Below are positions 8,951 through 16,631 of a stretch of DNA of 64,000 bases, one piece after another (the first letter of the stretch is position 1; each line of letters begins with the position of its first letter). A model generated the notes under the pieces. The model saw only the letters and a list, made by a program, of their open reading frames with translations. It was not told the DNA's origin and did no database searches. The DNA comes from an uncultured bacterium (GTDB lineage Bacteria > Patescibacteriota > Minisyncoccia > Phycocordibacterales > UBA9973), in NCBI GenBank assembly GCA_903892035.1, contig CAITGV010000001.1:155624-219623 (forward strand), in the 5' to 3' direction. The translations under genes were made by a program, and so were the position numbers.

Positions 8951-9583
8951 ATGAAACTTCGATGGTTAAACCCCGCCCATAAATCAGAAGCTAGTGCTTT
9001 ACTAAAAGTGAGCACGGAGGCAGAGAAAAAAACTGAATCTCTGGATAATTCTCCATCCAAAAAAGTTCTCGACCTTGAAACACAGAAATACATCGAGGAA
9101 CGTTTTCCAAAAACAAACGATGACAAACTACATGAGGACACAGCTAAAAAGTTTATATTTGACAGTAAATATCTAGATGATATTACTGAGCGACATAATA
9201 ACGGTGAAAAAATGGAAAAACAATTCAGTGATAAATTGTGGGAAATGTATACTAAAGCCATGGAATCCGACGGTTACATAGAAGTTTATAAAGATATGAG
9301 TAAACGTGTTGGTAAATTAATAGATAACATGAATATTCTTGAAATACATAACTCAATTTCCCCTGAAAAATTTCCTTTGGCAAAATCTGGCATTTCAAAT
9401 AAAGAAGCTTTCCTACTTGCAAAAGAGGAAGCTGAAAATGTTAAGCATGAACTGGGCGGCATTAGAGATGAAAACATAAGCAAAGAAAGTGTAGGTGAAC
9501 TTTTAGATAAATACAAAAAAATTAGCGAAAAATATAACACGCTTAGGAGCGTACTTCAGCCCGAAAATCCAGATTTAAACTAG
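8951..9583 (+). CDS. hypothetical helical protein
   Basis: 210-aa charged ORF with TATAAT 6 nt upstream of this ATG; no motif recognised. Confidence 0.65.
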   Translation: MKLRWLNPAHKSEASALLKVSTEAEKKTESLDNSPSKKVLDLETQKYIEERFPKTNDDKLHEDTAKKFIFDSKYLDDITERHNNGEKMEKQFSDKLWEMYTKAMESDGYIEVYKDMSKRVGKLIDNMNILEIHNSISPEKFPLAKSGISNKEAFLLAKEEAENVKHELGGIRDENISKESVGELLDKYKKISEKYNTLRSVLQPENPDLN

Positions 9584-9595
9584 TACTCAAACTTA

Positions 9596-12013
9596 CTACA
9601 TCACAAAACGTTTATAAAATCTTTTTTTCACAATTTCAATTACAATAAGATAAATCAGGACAACTACTGAAATAGCAACGATGATAGGCAAAGATAATGG
9701 AACAAAGCCAAATAACTTCCCGACAAAAGAAAGTGCGATACCCCACGCTATGACTACTGCTCCCCATGCTGCTATTTTGACTGCGGGATGTGTCGGCAAA
9801 GAATTCCAGAAAGATTTTGGTGAGCGAATAATAAATACTACTAATGTCTGCGTTGCAAAAGACTGCAAAAACCAACCTGTCTGAAATGAACCATCTGAAA
9901 GATGGAAAAAATGAAATAGTACATAAAATGTAATAAAATCAAAAATAGAACTAGCTAAACCAAAAACAACCATAAAACGTTTTATGAAAGAGATGTTCCA
10001 AGGTTGAGGTTTATTTAATATTTCATCTTCAACAGTATCAAATGGTAAAGAAAATTGTGATGTTTCATACAATAAATTTGTAAGAAGGACCTGTGCTGGC
10101 AACATCGGTAAAAATTTAAATAATAAACTAGCACCAGTCATAGAAAACATATTTCCAAAATTTGAACTCACAGCCATCGTTATGTATTTGATAGTATTTG
10201 TAAAAGTTCTACGCCCCTCCAAAACTCCATCAATCAGCTCGCTCAAGCTTTTATGCGATAGCACGATGTCCGCAGACTCTTTTGCCACATCTACAGCATT
10301 TGAAACAGAAATTCCAATGTCAGCCGTCTTTAATGCTGGGGCATCATTTATCCCGTCCCCCATATACCCCACGACGTGACCTTGTTTTCTAAGCAGTGAA
10401 ATTATTCTATTTTTTTGCTCTGGCACCACGCGCGCAAAAATATTTGTCTCCTCAAGTCTTGCAGATAATTCATCATCTGACATTTTTTCTAAAACACTTC
10501 CATCTATTGATATTATATTTTTAAAACCAACTTCACGAGCTACTTTTTCCGCTACCAGTAAATGATCTCCGGTAATCACTTTTACAGAAATACCACGACG
10601 AACAATTTCTTCTAAAACTACTTTGATATCTGGCTTTGGTGGATCTATGAAAGCAATAAACCCAGCAAATACCATGTCATGCTCTTCATCTCTTTCATAA
10701 ATATCCTTCTTCTCAGTTAAAATTTTCGTTGAAACTCCAAGCACACGATAACCATCAGCAGATAATTTTTCAAATAACTGCTGTATTTTGTTTTTTTCCT
10801 CTTGGTCAATACTGCAAGCTGTAAAAACATTTTCTGGTGCACCTTTTGCAATTAAAATCAACTTACCAGCTTTTTCTACCACAACACTATCTCTTCTTCT
10901 CTCGAAATCAAAAGGAATCTCATCAATTTTTTTATATAATTCTATGTCAAAATCTTTACGTGCTCTTATTGCTTCATCTAGGGGTCCACGCTTACCTGTA
11001 TGAAATGAGCTCGTAAGATACGCAAGTTCAAGCACATCCAGAGAATCAACTCCATTTACATCTAAATATTTAACTAGAGCAATTTTATCTTCTGTTAAAG
11101 TACCAGTTTTGTCAGTACAAAGCACGTCCATACTACCAAAATTCTGCACTGCTTCAAGTGTCTTCACTATCACACCTTTTTTAGACATTCGTATAGATGC
11201 ACGACTAGTATTAAAGGAAATGATTATTGGTAAAAGTTCGGGAGTAATACCTACAGCAAGAGCAGCAGAAAAAAGAACAGCCTCCAAAATACTTCCCTTC
11301 ATAAAGGCATTTATCACAAAGACAAGTACTGCCATACCAATAACAATTTTTGTAATAAAAATACTAAAGTTTTTTATGCCAACCTCAAACTCACTTGGTT
11401 CTGACTTTTTTTCCATCAATGAAATAATTTTAAAATATTTTGTATCCTTTCCAATTTTAGTTATTTCTATATTTGCCGTACCGGTAACAACACCTGTACC
11501 TAAAAATACTTCATCTTTTTCATGTTTCTCAGTTGGAAGTGATTCACCTGTGAGCGATGATTCATTTAAAAAGAAATCTTTCGCCTCCAAAACTACACCA
11601 TCCGCTGGAAGCATGCACCCCGCCTCAAGCACAACAACATCACCCACAACAAGATTCTCAGCTGGAATTTTCTTTTGCACTCCATCACGATAAACAGTAG
11701 TAACCAGTCTGACTTTTTTCAAAAGCATCTCGACAGCCTTATTTGATCTATATGTCGAAACAAAATTTATTACTGAGCTTGCGAGAACAATAAATATTAT
11801 CAGTATTCCGTCTATATTTGATTTTGTGAGAAAAGATAGTACGGCTGCAACCAAAAGCACAATGATTAAAGGATTTTTAAATTCTGTTAAAAACAAAAGT
11901 ACACCAGGAGTTTTTCTTTCACTGGCAACAGAATTTAAACCAAATTTTTTTTCTCTATTTTTTGCCTCAGATGCGGATAGCCCTAGAGTTATTATTTTTT
12001 CATTTGTATTCAT
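9596..12013 (-). CDS. mgtA: magnesium-translocating P-type ATPase
   Basis: TGES, AVGITPELLP, DKTGTLT, DEIPFDFERRR, GDGINDAPAL, SSNFGNMFS. Confidence 0.93.
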   Translation of the reverse strand: MNTNEKIITLGLSASEAKNREKKFGLNSVASERKTPGVLLFLTEFKNPLIIVLLVAAVLSFLTKSNIDGILIIFIVLASSVINFVSTYRSNKAVEMLLKKVRLVTTVYRDGVQKKIPAENLVVGDVVVLEAGCMLPADGVVLEAKDFFLNESSLTGESLPTEKHEKDEVFLGTGVVTGTANIEITKIGKDTKYFKIISLMEKKSEPSEFEVGIKNFSIFITKIVIGMAVLVFVINAFMKGSILEAVLFSAALAVGITPELLPIIISFNTSRASIRMSKKGVIVKTLEAVQNFGSMDVLCTDKTGTLTEDKIALVKYLDVNGVDSLDVLELAYLTSSFHTGKRGPLDEAIRARKDFDIELYKKIDEIPFDFERRRDSVVVEKAGKLILIAKGAPENVFTACSIDQEEKNKIQQLFEKLSADGYRVLGVSTKILTEKKDIYERDEEHDMVFAGFIAFIDPPKPDIKVVLEEIVRRGISVKVITGDHLLVAEKVAREVGFKNIISIDGSVLEKMSDDELSARLEETNIFARVVPEQKNRIISLLRKQGHVVGYMGDGINDAPALKTADIGISVSNAVDVAKESADIVLSHKSLSELIDGVLEGRRTFTNTIKYITMAVSSNFGNMFSMTGASLLFKFLPMLPAQVLLTNLLYETSQFSLPFDTVEDEILNKPQPWNISFIKRFMVVFGLASSIFDFITFYVLFHFFHLSDGSFQTGWFLQSFATQTLVVFIIRSPKSFWNSLPTHPAVKIAAWGAVVIAWGIALSFVGKLFGFVPLSLPIIVAISVVVLIYLIVIEIVKKRFYKRFVM

Positions 12014-12016
12014 TTT

Positions 12017-13387
12017 CTAAAAATCCAAAGTTACACTATCACCTTGCGAAGGAGCCGTAGCATTTAATGCCAAATAGTCGCGAATTTTCTGAGCTAAGAA
12101 AAGTGAAGATTTTGGCTCACCCATTACGACAAATATTTTTTGAACTTTTTCAGCCATATTTTCCACGAAATTTAAAAGACCATCGGAATCTTTATGACCA
12201 GAGTACCCATCAATCGTAACTACCGTCGCATTTATTGGTACTTCTGCACCTTTTATATATACACTTTTTGCTCCTTCTTGAATTACTCGGCCCATCGTGC
12301 CTGCAGACTGATAGCCAGTAAGCAAAATTGTGTCTTTTGGATTTGGTAAATAATTGTGTTCATGATGAACGATGCGTCCTCCATTACTCATTCCACTTCC
12401 AGCAATAATAATTTTTGGATCGAGAGTATGTGCAATTGATTTTGATTCTTCGGTTTCAAGAGTCACATGTAAACCAGGAAAAGAAAAAATGTCTTCTCCA
12501 TTTTCAATATCCTTTCTGGCTCTATCATTGAAATAATTTTTATATTTTTCATAAACTGCAGTGAGCTTTATAGCAAGTGGTGAATCTAGAAAAATTGGTA
12601 CTTCTGGAACTCTTTTATTCTCTACCAAATCATGTATTTCAAACAATAGCTCTTGCGAACGCTCTAGAGAAAAAGTAGGCATAATGAGTGTCCCCTGTCT
12701 TTTATAATTGTCCTGCATTACTTCTGCAAGTTTTTGTTTTCTTAAATTCCTATCTTCATGATTACGGTCTCCATATACAGACTCCATCACTAAATAATCT
12801 ACATCGGTTACTTTTTCAGTATCACAAATAAGAGGTGATGGAGAATTTCCAAGGTCACCAGTAAACATTATTTTTTTATTTCCATATGAAAATACAATAA
12901 GTGCTGAACCCAATATGTGTCCAGCATCTCGAAACTCTACTTGAAAACCACCTGGGAGATTTATTGTTTGGTGATAATCACGAGTTTCCCAAATACTCAT
13001 TATTTTCTCTAAAGTTTCTGGAGTGTAAATACTTGCCAAATCATGCTCTTTATTTTTTCCTAAAATTCCAGCGGTATCTTCAAGCATCAATTTTGTAATA
13101 TCTTTTGTTGGAGTTGTAGAATAAATCTTGCCTTCGAAGCCTTCGTGAACAAGTTTTGGAATTCGGCCTATATGGTCAACGTGACTATGAGTAATAAACA
13201 AAATATCGATAGTCTTTGGATCATATGAAAATGGCTCCCAGTTTGAATCATCAGCAATTTTTGTTCCTTGTGACAAACCACAGTCCACTAGCATTTTAAC
13301 TGAATCAGTTTCAATTAAAAAATTAGCTCCAGTCACACTTCCTGTTCCCCCGCAAAATGTTAGTTTCAATTTTTTTGTATTCTCCAT
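12017..13387 (-). CDS. MBL-fold beta-CASP ribonuclease family protein
   Basis: THSHVDHIG, AGHILGS, MESVYGDRNH, GSGMSNGGRI, YSGHKD. Confidence 0.92.
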   Translation of the reverse strand: MENTKKLKLTFCGGTGSVTGANFLIETDSVKMLVDCGLSQGTKIADDSNWEPFSYDPKTIDILFITHSHVDHIGRIPKLVHEGFEGKIYSTTPTKDITKLMLEDTAGILGKNKEHDLASIYTPETLEKIMSIWETRDYHQTINLPGGFQVEFRDAGHILGSALIVFSYGNKKIMFTGDLGNSPSPLICDTEKVTDVDYLVMESVYGDRNHEDRNLRKQKLAEVMQDNYKRQGTLIMPTFSLERSQELLFEIHDLVENKRVPEVPIFLDSPLAIKLTAVYEKYKNYFNDRARKDIENGEDIFSFPGLHVTLETEESKSIAHTLDPKIIIAGSGMSNGGRIVHHEHNYLPNPKDTILLTGYQSAGTMGRVIQEGAKSVYIKGAEVPINATVVTIDGYSGHKDSDGLLNFVENMAEKVQKIFVVMGEPKSSLFLAQKIRDYLALNATAPSQGDSVTLDF

Positions 13388-13445
13388 ATGATTTATTATA
13401 CGCGAGTCTAAAACATATTGCCAATTTTACTGAAATTATCACAAA

Positions 13446-13477
13446 AGAAAAACTCATGCATAAAGCATGAGTTCTTC
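13446..13477 (-). terminator. intrinsic terminator after the putative ncRNA
   Basis: Minus strand AACTCATGC-TTTAT-GCATGAGTT followed by a T-rich tail. Confidence 0.75.
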
Positions 13478-13478
13478 T

Positions 13479-13604
13479 TAGGGCTATTTGCATATATTAC
13501 CTTAGCGATGAGCTAAGTGGGTGCGTGACACCCTGCACCACGATGCAAAATGATCAAATGCTCCCCTAAAATATTTGTTCTAAGTAATACTTCAAATAAC
13601 CCTA
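13479..13604 (-). ncRNA. putative compact 6S-like RNA (126 nt)
   Basis: Rod-like fold with a 12-bp closing stem TAGGGTTATTTG/CAAATAGCCCTA, a central bubble and an apical stem; own promoter (TTGCGA-16-TATACT, 13637-13610) and terminator. Confidence 0.65.
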
Positions 13605-13708
13605 CATAAAGTATACCGTCTGTAAAATTTTTCGCAAGCAATTTTTCTATAAAACACATCTTTGACAGCGTTTCAAATATTGTTTTCTGGAAAAATGCAA
13701 GAAAAAAA

Positions 13709-14365
13709 TTAAATTTCAAAATTTTTTAACTCTTCGACGAGTGGCTGGATGATTTTGTCAGAAATTTCCAATAAATTTTCATTTGTGTTCTTCAAAATTA
13801 TCTTTTGTATTTCGTATAATGCCAAACGTGAGTCTTCTCTCTCTTGAAAAAGTATTTCAAAGTCACTTCTTTTTTCGTATCTTCTATAAAAATCTTTTAA
13901 ACGCTCATCGATCGAAGTTATAGTGTGTGGTGTGACTCGCATGTCGGCGTATTGAACAATCATTGAAATATAATCCATATTTTCCAAGAATTTTTCTGAT
14001 TGCCTGAAACCTAAGCCTCCCACTTTTTCTGAAATTTCTACTGGAAGTTCTAATTCCTCTACTATTTTCTTTGTAGCTTCATGAACTTGATTGCCATATT
14101 TTTCTTGATATTCTTTTTTTATTTCTTCCCAATATTTCCTTTCTTCGTCGGTATAAATAAATGGTGAGACTTCTGGAGAAAAATCAAATTTCAAAATATT
14201 TCCCATATCGTGAAGTAGTGCCACAGTCAAAATTTTATTTTTATCAAGCTCCACTCCCCGCCAGTTATCAAGTATCCACTTTGTCACTCCAGACACACGC
14301 AACATGTGCTCCTCAAGCGTCGGCTGAATTTTATATTCCTCGTATATTTCAGTAATTTTTTTCAT
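13709..14365 (-). CDS. HD domain protein
   Basis: EHMLRV, ALLHDMGN, H...YADMRV metal-binding pattern. Confidence 0.85.
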   Translation of the reverse strand: MKKITEIYEEYKIQPTLEEHMLRVSGVTKWILDNWRGVELDKNKILTVALLHDMGNILKFDFSPEVSPFIYTDEERKYWEEIKKEYQEKYGNQVHEATKKIVEELELPVEISEKVGGLGFRQSEKFLENMDYISMIVQYADMRVTPHTITSIDERLKDFYRRYEKRSDFEILFQEREDSRLALYEIQKIILKNTNENLLEISDKIIQPLVEELKNFEI

Positions 14366-14417
14366 GCAAATATTTTACCACAAAATAAAAAGCGCCGAAG
14401 CGCTTTTTGTTTTTTAT

Positions 14418-14885
14418 TTATTTTGAATCTGCGTAAACAAAATCTGTATCTACTTTTTTATAGTTGAATAGTTCTTTTTCTTCAAAGAAACGAGCAACCT
14501 CAGTAACCCCTGCTTCTATTGTATCTGAAGCATGCACAATATTTGATTGAATACTCATAGAAAAATCTCCTCGAATACTTCCAGCATCAGCTTCGTAACC
14601 CTTTGTGGGACCAACCAAGAGTCTAATAGTTGAAATTGCATTTATTCCTTCAAGAGCCATAACCACAACAGGAGTAGACTTCATGAAATCTCTTATTCCT
14701 CCAAAAAATGGTTTGTCTTTAATGTGAGCATAGTGTTCTTCTAGAGTTGCATCCGCAATGTTCATCATTTTCATTCCGATAATCTTGAAGCCCTTGCGTT
14801 CAAAACGCATAATAACTTCACCGATCAAATTTCTTTGAATTGCATCGGGCTTGATGATAATAAGAGAGCGTTCATGTGTTGCCAT
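14418..14885 (-). CDS. ndk: nucleoside diphosphate kinase
   Basis: ERSLIIIKPDA, GSIRGDF, NIVHASD; start taken at MATHER. Confidence 0.97.
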   Translation of the reverse strand: MATHERSLIIIKPDAIQRNLIGEVIMRFERKGFKIIGMKMMNIADATLEEHYAHIKDKPFFGGIRDFMKSTPVVVMALEGINAISTIRLLVGPTKGYEADAGSIRGDFSMSIQSNIVHASDTIEAGVTEVARFFEEKELFNYKKVDTDFVYADSK

Positions 14886-14955
14886 AAATATATAAAATAA
14901 TATTGATAAAAGTAAAGAGAGTATAGCAGAAAAAAGAGTTAAATACAAATCTAAA

Positions 14956-14995
14956 ATACAACCCCCTGACCCCCTTATCAGGGGGAAATAAATGC
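14956..14995 (+). repeat. REP-like element, family CCCCCTTATCAGGGGG (copy A)
   Basis: atacaaccccctgacccccttatcagggggaaat identical to the copy at 15541. Confidence 0.85.
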
Positions 14996-15032
14996 TTACT
15001 AAATAATGTATAACTTAAAAATAACATTCTTC

Positions 15033-15515
15033 TTAATTAACGTTTTCATCAAAAATCCTAAGGTAGTCAGAAAATTCTGTATTGGAAAGTTCGACTTCAA
15101 TTACTTTTTTAGCCACATCAAATGAAACAACTAGGCAACAAACCTCCATTGTTCCACTTCCCATGCTTCCTCCATCGCAGTGACCAAGCCCTGTCCACCC
15201 AAGAACTTCATTCATTTTTACTTCAAGTTTGTGTCTCTTATTTATATCAATTTCTTTTCCTATTCCTTCAATTTTATATTCAACAATCAACTTGTGTATA
15301 TCTTTATCACTCATCTCATTAAAACTATCTTTAATTTTCATGTCCACTTCCTCTTGAACTTTTTTTCTAAAACTTGAAAAAAGGCCAGATTTTATTTCTT
15401 TAGATTGTCCTTTTTCTCCAACTACGCCCCAATGTATAATTGCCACAGAATTATTTTTATCCCATGTTTCCCAATAATTTAATACTCCGTCAATTTCTTT
15501 ATAGAGCTTTAGCAT
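15033..15515 (-). CDS. hypothetical protein with a WGR-like N-terminus
   Basis: YWETW...IIHWGVVGEKGQ; C-terminal GLGHCDGGSMGSGTMEV. Confidence 0.6.
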   Translation of the reverse strand: MLKLYKEIDGVLNYWETWDKNNSVAIIHWGVVGEKGQSKEIKSGLFSSFRKKVQEEVDMKIKDSFNEMSDKDIHKLIVEYKIEGIGKEIDINKRHKLEVKMNEVLGWTGLGHCDGGSMGSGTMEVCCLVVSFDVAKKVIEVELSNTEFSDYLRIFDENVN

Positions 15516-15540
15516 TGATTTATTGTATCACAACTCCCCC

Positions 15541-15642
15541 ATACAACCCCCTGACCCCCTTATCAGGGGGAAATTAAATGCACATACTACAGTGACTTGG
15601 GAGTTTCCTCCCCTGATAAGGGGAGGCTAGGTGGGGTTGTAT
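15541..15642. repeat. inverted pair of REP-like elements (copies B and C), REPIN-like doublet
   Basis: Forward copy at 15541-15581 and diverged inverted copy at 15605-15642; the latter is translated as TTPPSLPLSGEE in the DUF559 gene. Confidence 0.8.
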
Positions 15643-16003
15643 TTATGTATTTTATTAAATCTTCAATAACAAAAACTGGTTTTTCCAGCACCTCTTCGTT
15701 TTTATATCTCAAAATTTTCAACCCAAATTTTTGTTTTAAAATTTCATCTCTCTCATTGTCCCTTTCTTTTTGGGCTTTATGTATCTTGCCATCTATTTCA
15801 ACAACTAACCGTAGACTTGAGCAATAAAAATCCATAATAAAATTATCAATTGGTTTTTGGCTAGAAAATTTATAACTAGCAAGTCTTTTGTCTTTTAAAA
15901 TTTCAAGCCAAAATTTTATTTCAGCAGGAGTCTGATTATTCCTAAGTTCCCTAGCTAGAGAAACTAAAGTTTTATTATATGGTAGAAACTTATAATTTTG
16001 CAT
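15587..16003 (-). CDS. DUF559 (Vsr-like) endonuclease domain protein
   Basis: ARELRNNQTPAE..FW, Q.PI..FIMDFYC, LVVEIDGKIH, D.ERD, LRYKNEEV. Confidence 0.92.
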   Translation of the reverse strand: MQNYKFLPYNKTLVSLARELRNNQTPAEIKFWLEILKDKRLASYKFSSQKPIDNFIMDFYCSSLRLVVEIDGKIHKAQKERDNERDEILKQKFGLKILRYKNEEVLEKPVFVIEDLIKYINTTPPSLPLSGEETPKSL

Positions 16004-16021
16004 TTAGTGGAATTTGCACCA

Positions 16022-16051
16022 TTCCCCCTGATAAGGGGGTCAGGGGGTTGT
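16022..16051 (-). repeat. REP-like element (copy D) upstream of DUF559
   Basis: ttccccctgataagggggtcagggggttgt is the exact reverse complement of the A/B core. Confidence 0.85.
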
Positions 16052-16052
16052 G

Positions 16053-16631
16053 TTAATTCTTTTTCACCTGCCTGTCAAACGCAAGCACTGAGTAATCGTG
16101 GTCATCGAAACCATATTTTTTAAATACTGCATTTGCGGAACTACGAAAATGTTTATCATAGTCTAGACCAAGTAGAGCAGACATTTCTTTTATTTTTTCA
16201 AAAGATTTCGCTTCAATTTCCAAATACGGAGGAATAAGTGGCCATGTATCTATATCAAATTCAACATCACCTAATACATATTTCGTCCTCTTTTTTTCTT
16301 GTTTAAATTTCTCAATTAAACCAATTGCCAAAAGAAGTTTTTCTGTATTTTCAAAACTATCAACTTCAATCTGAATTTCCTGCATTCCTTCATCTGAAGT
16401 CGAACCATCGTGTGAAGTCACACCTATTCTTTTTTTATATGCCAAAGTTATTTTATCAACCTCATCTCGTAATCTTATCCAAGAATTGTCACTATGTAAC
16501 CTCGCGTCTGGATGATCAAAAGTTTTTGCAATATATAAATAATCCCCTACTTTTTTTGCACCCATAGTGACGAGTTTTTTCTCTATTTGACCTACGTCAA
16601 TATCTAAAAATTTTACTTCAATTTCTTCCAT
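16053..16631 (-). CDS. CYTH domain protein
   Basis: EIEVK, IRLRDE, EKKRTKY, DIDTWP..PYLEIE. Confidence 0.9.
   Translation of the reverse strand: MEEIEVKFLDIDVGQIEKKLVTMGAKKVGDYLYIAKTFDHPDARLHSDNSWIRLRDEVDKITLAYKKRIGVTSHDGSTSDEGMQEIQIEVDSFENTEKLLLAIGLIEKFKQEKKRTKYVLGDVEFDIDTWPLIPPYLEIEAKSFEKIKEMSALLGLDYDKHFRSSANAVFKKYGFDDHDYSVLAFDRQVKKN

Noticed and set aside
11109-11693. Long antisense ORFs (also 30677-31150 and 57079-57630)
   Set aside because: They lie opposite well-supported genes (mgtA, rplE, recJ) and reflect codon-pattern shadows
13479-13604. SRP (4.5S) RNA or riboswitch identity for the structured RNA
   Set aside because: No SRP helix-8 GNRA/GGAA loop with the conserved CAGG/AGCA internal loop; the RNA is closed by its own terminator, and the downstream gene has a separate -10
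13513-13719. 68-aa ORF
   Set aside because: Overlaps the predicted ncRNA and its promoter; no protein-like features
14956-16051. Identical 30-bp repeats as a possible CRISPR array
   Set aside because: Copies are hundreds of bp apart, in both orientations and separated by genes; no cas1 or regular spacers
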